Assembly (NCBI GenBank): GCA_016180195.1
Contig: JACPBS010000010.1
Span: 16,687 to 80,686, forward strand
Direction of reading: 5' to 3'
DNA from: Candidatus Woesearchaeota archaeon
GTDB lineage: Archaea; Nanobdellota; Nanobdellia; Woesearchaeales; UBA10216
DNA length: 64,000 nt
In this document: positions 57,488 through 64,000 of the stretch, one piece after another
How positions within the stretch are numbered: the first letter of the stretch is position 1
Layout of the letters: every line of letters starts with the position of its first letter
Position numbers and translations under genes: made by a program
The notes under the pieces: generated by a model
Seen by the model: the letters and a program-made list of their open reading frames with translations, nothing else
What the model was told of the DNA's origin: nothing
Database searches by the model: none

Positions 57488-58336
57488 ATGAATCTGGATG
57501 GGATAGTTTCAGCTTATGAAGTCAGGGATAGAGTTGCGAGGCTTGGTGAATGGCCTTTCCTGAAATGCCTGGCTTACGCTGCTGCAGTTGCGAATTCATT
57601 TTCTCCCTTACTTGTTAATGCTCTGTCAAATCAGGATTATGGGCAGGCCATGATTCAGGCTGCTGTAAATGGAGCAATATCTTTCCCTGCATCATATGTT
57701 TTTTCCCGAATGCTTGTAAGGTACCGGTGTGAATCCATGGTGGATGAGCTTACAGGCCTTCCCAATCTTAGGGCGCTGAAGCAGAGAATGCCAGAGGAAC
57801 TGAGCAGGGCATATAGGCAGCAGTCTCCTGTTTTTTTCCTGCAGATGGATCTTAAGGGGCTGAAATACGTAAATAATAATTTCGGGCTTGATGCCGGAAA
57901 TCAGCTGCTTCTGGAAGCTGTTTTGCGGATGAAGGAGCAGTTGAGGCCTTACGACTTTGTCGGAAGGTGCAGTACAACCGGGGGTTCTGATGAGTTCGTG
58001 GCAGTGCTTCCTTTGGGGTCCAATTACCCTAACAATGGCTTGTCTGGCTACGCATATTCTGTTTGCGAAAGAATAGTTGATTCAGGGAGTAGATCTCCTA
58101 TCGAATTCATGAATGGCAGGTTTTCTGAGAGGATTTCCCCCGAATTCAGGTGCGGAGCCCTCGTATACAGTCCGCCGGAGAAAAATGGGCATGCATTCGA
58201 TTCATGCGGGGAATCAGCAGAGATCCTTAAACAGCTAGGAATCCTGCTTGTAGACGTGAAGAGCCGCAACGAGATCATAGTTAGGGAATTTGGCAGAAAA
58301 GAAAATGTTCATAATTTTCCAACAGGAAAATTATGA
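57488..58336 (+). CDS. GGDEF-like domain protein (degenerate GGSDEF motif) with a hydrophobic N-terminus
   Basis: DELTGLPNLRAL, FLQMDLKGLKYVNNNFGLDAGNQLL and GRCSTTGGSDEFVAVLP are collinear with diguanylate cyclase domains. Confidence 0.65.
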   Translation: MNLDGIVSAYEVRDRVARLGEWPFLKCLAYAAAVANSFSPLLVNALSNQDYGQAMIQAAVNGAISFPASYVFSRMLVRYRCESMVDELTGLPNLRALKQRMPEELSRAYRQQSPVFFLQMDLKGLKYVNNNFGLDAGNQLLLEAVLRMKEQLRPYDFVGRCSTTGGSDEFVAVLPLGSNYPNNGLSGYAYSVCERIVDSGSRSPIEFMNGRFSERISPEFRCGALVYSPPEKNGHAFDSCGESAEILKQLGILLVDVKSRNEIIVREFGRKENVHNFPTGKL

Positions 58337-58353
58337 GCTGGTTAGAGGAAGAT

Positions 58354-58602
58354 TTATCTCCTCTTCTTCTTTCTTCCTCCTCGTGCCATCTTGGCTCTTG
58401 ACACGTCCCCTTTTCCATCTATGAAGTAAAGGTATCCTTTCTCCTTCTTGACGCCGGGCTTAGCGACTACTTCCTGCTTCTGTCTTCCCTTCTTTCCTCC
58501 TCCCCGGACCATCTTTGCCTTGGCCACGTTTCCTTTCTTGTCGACAAAGTACAGGTAGCCTGATTCCTTCTTAACTCCTACTTTTGCAACCTTTTCAGCC
58601 AT
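58354..58602 (-). CDS. Small basic protein made of two tandem about 35-aa repeats
   Basis: KKESGYLYFVDKKGNVAKAKMVRGG and KKEKGYLYFIDGKGDVSRAKMARGG. Lys/Arg-rich. Confidence 0.5.
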   Translation of the reverse strand: MAEKVAKVGVKKESGYLYFVDKKGNVAKAKMVRGGGKKGRQKQEVVAKPGVKKEKGYLYFIDGKGDVSRAKMARGGRKKKRR

Positions 58603-58690
58603 TATGTTTCACCCTTTTTAGATTTTTATCCTCGGAAAATCTGCTTTTCCTGCCTGCTCCTTCGTTAAGCTTATATTTAAATGTTGCGTT

Positions 58691-59161
58691 TTACCGACGA
58701 GAATCAGCCAGTTCATCTGTTTTTGCAAAGTATTCCTTTGCGCGCTGGACGATGCTTTGAAGCACGAATTTTTCTATTTTCTGATCATAGATCTCGTTAA
58801 GCGACATGAATTCGGTTATCCTGTACTTGTTCAGGACTTTTTCGATTATGAACAGATCCTTTAGCCTCTTTAGCTGCCTTCTGATGTTTGAGGAGGCTAT
58901 CCCGGTCAGTTGAAGCTTGTGTTTTTTCCTGTTTTCTATGACTTTCTTCTCGATTTCCGTTGCGCTCAGGGCTTTTCGCTTTTTCTTGCTCCTCAGCAGG
59001 ACTTGAAGCACGTCAACCATGACATCCCTTGAGTCGCCGGGTTGGAGCATGCCGATTGTGAGGCAGACTTTTTTTATGAGCTCCCTTTCCTTGAGGTTCA
59101 TTGGTTTCTCATACTTTCTGAGGGTAAGCTCTGAAAGCGGAGTGTCGCGCGATATGTTCAT
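58691..59161 (-). CDS. Putative wHTH DNA-binding protein
   Basis: Helix-turn-helix-like segment (LTGIASSNIRRQLKRLKDL) then a beta wing. Start set at MNISRD. Confidence 0.35.
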   Translation of the reverse strand: MNISRDTPLSELTLRKYEKPMNLKERELIKKVCLTIGMLQPGDSRDVMVDVLQVLLRSKKKRKALSATEIEKKVIENRKKHKLQLTGIASSNIRRQLKRLKDLFIIEKVLNKYRITEFMSLNEIYDQKIEKFVLQSIVQRAKEYFAKTDELADSRR

Positions 59162-59396
59162 GACAGGAATATTTAAGAAATGATTATATAAAAATTTTTT
59201 TAATGCATTGGTTTTCAAAATTTTGTTGAAATTTTGCGTCGGAAAATTTTTTGCATGAAAAAAATTTCTTTTTTCCATCCTGCGTTTTGATTTTTTTCTG
59301 AAATTTCTCGTCGAGGATTTTTTTGTTTTTTAAAAAAATAGAAAGGTTTAAATATATGTTGCAGCAATAATAATGCATCAGGTGATAATTACCAAG

Positions 59397-59888
59397 ATGA
59401 GTGAAACTGAAGAAACATCTTCTGACAAACAAATTTCAAGGCGCGGAAAATTCGGCGTTAAGTTTGGTTTCGGCCCGCACCTGACCTTGGATGCATATGA
59501 CTGCGATCAGGAAAAGCTTGATGACATGAATGTTCTTTACGGGCTGTTGGATACGCTTCCGGGAAGGATAGGCATGACCAAGCTTATGCCTCCATACATA
59601 CTTTACTATGATGGAAAGGAGAAGCCTGAGGACAGGGGATTCAGCGGAGTCGTTATAATTGCTGAATCGCATATCACTATCCATACATATCCTGAGAAAA
59701 GATTCCTTACATGTGACATTTATTCATGCAAGAATTTTGATATAGACCGCACAGTCGAGTATCTTGTCAAGGCATTCTCGATAGGGAACTTCAGCAAGAG
59801 GGTGACGAACAGGGGTAGGGAGTTTCCAAAGGACATGAACATGGTTGAAAACATAGTGAACCATGACAGGTCCAAGGCAGACCAGTAG
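59397..59888 (+). CDS. Pyruvoyl-dependent decarboxylase of the SpeH/AdoMetDC family (possible arginine decarboxylase)
   Basis: SGVVIIAESHITIHTYPE matches the AdoMetDC proenzyme cleavage and active region. Confidence 0.7.
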   Translation: MSETEETSSDKQISRRGKFGVKFGFGPHLTLDAYDCDQEKLDDMNVLYGLLDTLPGRIGMTKLMPPYILYYDGKEKPEDRGFSGVVIIAESHITIHTYPEKRFLTCDIYSCKNFDIDRTVEYLVKAFSIGNFSKRVTNRGREFPKDMNMVENIVNHDRSKADQ

Positions 59889-59921
59889 TTTGTTGCTGGC
59901 AAATTTTATATATTTCTTAAC

Positions 59922-60812
59922 ATGACCAGGAAAATGAATCCTCACTTTTCATCCCCTTTTAACTTCGGGGCAATCCCCAGGCAGCTATCGGGTTATGAGA
60001 AATCCAGAATAGTGATCCTTCCTGTCCCCTATGACGCGACAACCTCGTTTAAGCCGGGTGCAAGGGATGGCCCGTCAGCTATAATCTCCGCATCCAGGAG
60101 CATGGAGCTTTTTGACTTGGAGTCTGGGAAGAACCTTTCCGAGCTCGGGATATGTACGCTTGACGAGCTCGACATTCTTGTTGATCCTGAGAAGATGGCA
60201 AGCAGGGTTTGTGAAGCAGTCATGCAGCTTTTGCATGACAAGAAGTTTGTTGTGATGCTTGGAGGGGAGCATTCTCTAAGTATAGGCTCTGTAAGGGCAT
60301 TCAAGGACTCTTATCCTGGGTTGTCAGTTCTTCATCTCGATGCTCATGCAGATCTTAGGGACGAGAACGGGGGTTCGAGATTTGATCATGGCTGTGCAGC
60401 AAGGAGGATTTCGGAAATCTGTCCTGTTGTTCAAGCGGGAATCAGGAGCCTGAGCAAGGAGGAAGCTGATTTCATCAAAGAATCCAAGCAAAGGATATTC
60501 TTTGCAAAGGACATGGCGGAGAATGATTCATGGATGGATGAGGCAATATCCGCATTGGGGGATGAAGTTTATGTTACCCTTGATCTGGATGTATTAGACC
60601 CGGGCATTATGCCTTCTGTTGGCACTCCCGAGCCCGGTGGCCTGGGATGGTATCCCCTTCTCGCTTTCCTGAAAAGGGTGTCTGGGAAAAAAAAGGTGGT
60701 TGGATTTGATGTTGTTGAGCTTTCGCCGCAGAAGAACGTGTCTTCAGATTTCCTTGCTGCGAAGCTTGTTTACAAGATGATGGGTTACTTCAATGAAAGG
60801 AATTTACACTAA
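59922..60812 (+). CDS. speB: Agmatinase (ureohydrolase family)
   Basis: GGEHSLS, DAHADLRD and TLDLDVLDP manganese-binding motifs. Confidence 0.85.
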   Translation: MTRKMNPHFSSPFNFGAIPRQLSGYEKSRIVILPVPYDATTSFKPGARDGPSAIISASRSMELFDLESGKNLSELGICTLDELDILVDPEKMASRVCEAVMQLLHDKKFVVMLGGEHSLSIGSVRAFKDSYPGLSVLHLDAHADLRDENGGSRFDHGCAARRISEICPVVQAGIRSLSKEEADFIKESKQRIFFAKDMAENDSWMDEAISALGDEVYVTLDLDVLDPGIMPSVGTPEPGGLGWYPLLAFLKRVSGKKKVVGFDVVELSPQKNVSSDFLAAKLVYKMMGYFNERNLH

Positions 60813-61545
60813 GTTCTCGGCTAAGGGCTATCTTCAGGAGTATTTCATGGAAAATGAGTATGACTATGATGATGAGAGCAAGTTTCTCCTTCAATTCTTT
60901 CATGACACCTATTCAATGATGGGGCCCAGAAAGAGGCTTTTGGAGGTGGGGGGAGGCCCTATAATATATTCGATAATCAGCGCCAGTTCTGCCGTGGATG
61001 AGATTTTCTTCTCAGATTACCTTGAGGAAAACCTTGGCGAGGTAAGGAAATGGCTTCAGAAGAAGGACGATGCATTCAACTGGGACAAGTACTTTGAGCT
61101 GGTTTTGAGGCTGGAGAAAAAAGAAGTTACCCTTGCAGCTTTGGAATCGTGCAAGGAGAGATTAAGGCGCAAGGTAAAAAAGCTGGTCCGATGTGATATA
61201 TTGAATTCAAATCCGATCGGCGATTCCGGGAAGTTTGACGTGGTTGCAAGCAATTTTTGCGTAGAGGGGGTTGTATCAACAGCCGATGACTTCAGGCAGT
61301 CCCTTGGAAACATTGTTTCTCTGCTTGGCAAGGACGGTCTTTTGGTCATGACTTTATTGAAAAATGGCACTTCGTACAAGGTCAGGGACCAGTTGTTTTC
61401 TGTTTTTCCAGTCAACGAGGCTTTCATTGAAGCCCAAGTTAAGGCCCTGGGATTCTTTAAGATAAAAATAAGGTCAATTGACATCGAAGATAAGGATCGC
61501 GGTTATTCTGGTTTTATAGGTTTGACTGCTAAGAAAAAAAATTGA
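60793..61545 (+). CDS. NNMT/PNMT/TEMT-family small-molecule N-methyltransferase
   Basis: YLQEYF, LEVGGGPIIYSIISA, DYLEENLGEVRKWLQKKDDAFNWD and RCDILNSNPIG are collinear with the nicotinamide N-methyltransferase family. Confidence 0.7.
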   Translation: MKGIYTKFSAKGYLQEYFMENEYDYDDESKFLLQFFHDTYSMMGPRKRLLEVGGGPIIYSIISASSAVDEIFFSDYLEENLGEVRKWLQKKDDAFNWDKYFELVLRLEKKEVTLAALESCKERLRRKVKKLVRCDILNSNPIGDSGKFDVVASNFCVEGVVSTADDFRQSLGNIVSLLGKDGLLVMTLLKNGTSYKVRDQLFSVFPVNEAFIEAQVKALGFFKIKIRSIDIEDKDRGYSGFIGLTAKKKN

Positions 61546-61599
61546 ATTGGTGAGCATTGCTTAAGTACAGGCATTCAGTATCTTCAACCTAATTTGACA

Positions 61600-61870
61600 A
61601 CTATTCGCAGAATAGCCTCCTCCATAAGAGCAGCCCGGTCTAACAGTTGTTCTAATAGTGCCAACAACGGTTGGCGATCCGGGGGATGCCCCATCCGGGG
61701 TGGCGAGAGCTTTTTTCGCCCAGCAAAAAAGCGTCCAACCATTGTTATTGTTGGCACAATCAAGGAAAACAGGCAAAAATTTTCAGATAAATTTCGCCTT
61801 GGGTTCAAATCCCCACCCTTTAGGTCGAAGATTGCTCCGATCAGCGGATTTTTGTTACTCATGCTGCGGA
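61600..61870. repeat. Structured repeat element B (candidate ncRNA or MITE), 53 nt upstream of a DUF2156-like gene
   Basis: Same two conserved blocks and terminus as element A. Instead of the hairpin insert it carries a tRNA T-arm-like segment GGGUUCAAAUCCCC near its 3' end. Confidence 0.5.
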
Positions 61871-61922
61871 CCCATTTTCAAAAACTTTATTAACTTGCTA
61901 TGCAATTAACTTTTTCAGGATA

Positions 61923-62843
61923 ATGGCATCAGCTTCTATGTTGGATTACGGTGTCAAAGTTATAGAACTGTCTGATAAGCCTTTTTTTGAGAGGGCTTAC
62001 AGTTCATTGAAGATGCCTCTCGCGGATCAGGACTTTTCTATGATTTACATCTGGGATAAGCTTATCAACATTAGATGGTTCCCTCTTAATGGTAATCTTT
62101 GTGCATTTGCTGATTTCGGAGGCAGTACTGTCCTGTGGGGCCCTGTTATTGGGGGTGGAAAGCTTAAGGAAACATTGAGTGCATGCTTCTCTTTGCTCGG
62201 AAAGGACGGAAGGCTTTGCTACCTGCCCGAGGAGCTTTATGATGAGTACAGCGAGCTTGAAGGCTTCAAGCTCGTCAGTCAAAGCCAGGAGTATATTTAT
62301 TCGGTGAAGGACCTTGTCGAGCTTAAGGGTGGCAGGTACGGCAAGAAAAGGAACCTAATAAACCATTTCCTTTCGAATTACCGCCCCATGGTCGAGGTTT
62401 TTGACTCGGAAAGGCATCGTAAGGGTTGCCTTGAGCTTTTGGATGTCTGGAAAAGGCAGAAGGCCGAGTCTTCATCAATAAATAAGAGCATAAGGTTCCA
62501 GTTCAATACCGAAGCGCGGCTGGCAAGGGAGACAGTCATTCTGGCAGACGAGCTGGGTCTTAAGGGGCTTGTAGTGGTTATAGATGGCAGGATCCAGGGA
62601 ATGACCTTTGGAAGCTTGCTTAATGCGGACACATGCAGCGTTATTGTTGAAAAGACCAATCTTATGTTTAAGGGTCTTCCTGAATTCATTTTTTCTGAAT
62701 TTCTGAAGAGATGCTGGGGTTCCTGTACATTTGTGAATGCGCAGGAGGATATGGGTGTCGAATATCTCAAGTCAGCCAAGATGAGCTATCATCCTGTGAG
62801 GCTGCTGAAAAGCTATATGGTGGTTAGGGATGAAGCTGATTGA
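61923..62843 (+). CDS. DUF2156 / MprF C-terminal-like protein (putative aminoacyl-tRNA-dependent transferase)
   Basis: KKRNLINHF motif and a C-terminal GNAT-like segment. Paralogue of the next gene. Confidence 0.45.
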   Translation: MASASMLDYGVKVIELSDKPFFERAYSSLKMPLADQDFSMIYIWDKLINIRWFPLNGNLCAFADFGGSTVLWGPVIGGGKLKETLSACFSLLGKDGRLCYLPEELYDEYSELEGFKLVSQSQEYIYSVKDLVELKGGRYGKKRNLINHFLSNYRPMVEVFDSERHRKGCLELLDVWKRQKAESSSINKSIRFQFNTEARLARETVILADELGLKGLVVVIDGRIQGMTFGSLLNADTCSVIVEKTNLMFKGLPEFIFSEFLKRCWGSCTFVNAQEDMGVEYLKSAKMSYHPVRLLKSYMVVRDEAD

Positions 62844-63774
62844 GGATGTGAAGGGCAATGAAAGCCTTATCACTGGCTGTATCAAGCGGCATGGCAGCTC
62901 TCCTGAACATAATTATTTTCATTACCTTGATCTTGAGGAGCCTTCCGGGAAGAATGTGTTCATAAGCTTTGGCAGCTGGAAGGGGCTTCTTGCCCAGTTT
63001 TTTCCCAGCATGAATGAATGGGTCGTTCTGGGTAATGTGCTGGCGCCGGAGAATGAAAGGCTTGATCTCCTTGTGGAGGCTGCGGGCAGGCTTTCAGCTA
63101 AGTTTGTGGTAGAATCTTCAGATGAGTTCAGGAGGGAAGCGGCGAAACGGGAAGGGGTGAGGGTTGCTGACCCGAGATTTGCGCTTTATTGGCCTGTGTT
63201 TGATTTTTCAGAATGGTCGGGTGACAGGATGGAGGGGGGTGTTTGGAAAAAGCTTAGGAACATCAGGAATCGTTTTGCCAGGATGAAAAAGTTCGAGATT
63301 GTTGATTCTGCTGATGTTCCAAGGGAGCAGCTCAATGCCCTGGTTATGGAGTGGGTTATGCGCAGGAAGCAGAAAGGCCTTGATATAAGCAGGCGTGGCA
63401 ATAATAAGGCGTTTTATCATAGATACCTCAACATGGTTGAAAGCGGATTCAAGGGTTTCGGGCATGCAAAGACTATGATTGTTGACGGAGAGCCCTGCAG
63501 TATAATGGCTGGCTGGGATATCCCGAATTCTGAGGGCGGCTATTATTCTTCTGTTGGCATTTACAGTTATAAGCATGAGGGGTTGGGTGAATTTGCCAAT
63601 ATGCACGATCTTTCGATGATCAAGGAATGTGGCTATCGTTTTGTAGATTTTGGAGGAAGCCCAAAGCCTTTGCTTGATTACAAGCTCAAGTTCAGGCCTA
63701 CTTCCATATACAAGACCTGCACGTTTGTGTTGCAAAGCCCGAATCCCTTGGTGATTGGTCCGATTCAGGTATAG
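62830..63774 (+). CDS. DUF2156 / MprF C-terminal-like protein, paralogue
   Basis: WKKLRNIRNRFARMKKFEIVD motif. Overlaps the upstream gene by 14 nt. Confidence 0.45.
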   Translation: MKLIEDVKGNESLITGCIKRHGSSPEHNYFHYLDLEEPSGKNVFISFGSWKGLLAQFFPSMNEWVVLGNVLAPENERLDLLVEAAGRLSAKFVVESSDEFRREAAKREGVRVADPRFALYWPVFDFSEWSGDRMEGGVWKKLRNIRNRFARMKKFEIVDSADVPREQLNALVMEWVMRRKQKGLDISRRGNNKAFYHRYLNMVESGFKGFGHAKTMIVDGEPCSIMAGWDIPNSEGGYYSSVGIYSYKHEGLGEFANMHDLSMIKECGYRFVDFGGSPKPLLDYKLKFRPTSIYKTCTFVLQSPNPLVIGPIQV

Positions 63775-64000
63775 GAATCCTCGCGTTCCATTCTTTCCTG
63801 GGGGTTAGTTGAACTGTATTTCCTGAAAATCTTCTTTATAGTTTTATATTGCTCGTTTCTTTTTGGTTCTGGGCCCAGCTCTAAATCTACTTGCATGTAG
63901 AACCTTACGAATTGTCCGTGAAGGGCTTCAGCTCTTTCTTTTGCGCTAGTATGATGATGAATCAGTTCACGCAATGACGGTCTATAATGTTCAATTTGTC

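Noticed and set aside
57488-58336. Calling the GGDEF-like protein an active diguanylate cyclase
   Set aside because: The motif is GGSDEF with an inserted or substituted residue. Activity cannot be inferred, so it is kept as GGDEF-like.
61795-61830. GGGTTCAAATCCCC T-loop-like motif as a tRNA gene
   Set aside because: No complementary 5' acceptor strand (TAAAGGG-like), D-arm or anticodon arm could be assembled within 100 nt on either strand. It is embedded in repeat element B, so it is treated as a tRNA-like module, not a gene.

Overview
This 64 kb window reads as an archaeal contig. The composition looks like a small-genome, DPANN-like archaeon, which is inference from gene content only. Archaeal information-processing genes are present throughout: S8e, aIF-1A, S7, aEF-2, the conserved L7Ae-S28e-L24e-ndk-adk cluster, TFB, aIF-2gamma, RpoL, ArgRS and a LonB that carries a LAGLIDADG intein. 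Between them sit many bacterial-type accessory genes that are unusual for archaea. These include the Lgt and LspA lipoprotein enzymes plus a lipobox protein, a full-length RelA/SpoT homologue, a GGDEF-like domain protein, a BlaI/BlaR1-like pair, CcdA and DsbA, a MazEF module, CopA and ZupT, an E. coli-type ThrC, and an NNMT/PNMT-family methyltransferase next to two DUF2156 (MprF C-terminal-like) genes. There is a block of secreted surface proteins at 16.7-22.2 kb and a six-gene extracytoplasmic thiol-redox operon at 37.5-40.8 kb. Two proteins in that operon end in a conserved ELPTMVGGC tail.

The most distinctive non-coding signal is a family of three structured repeat elements at about 1.1 kb, 49.9 kb and 61.6 kb. 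They share near-identical blocks and an 11-bp closing helix, show compensatory hairpin changes between copies, and each lies about 55-80 nt upstream of a translation-related gene. They match no RNA family I recognise. No rRNA, canonical tRNA or CRISPR array was found. Start coordinates are approximate where I chose an internal Met over the longest ORF.
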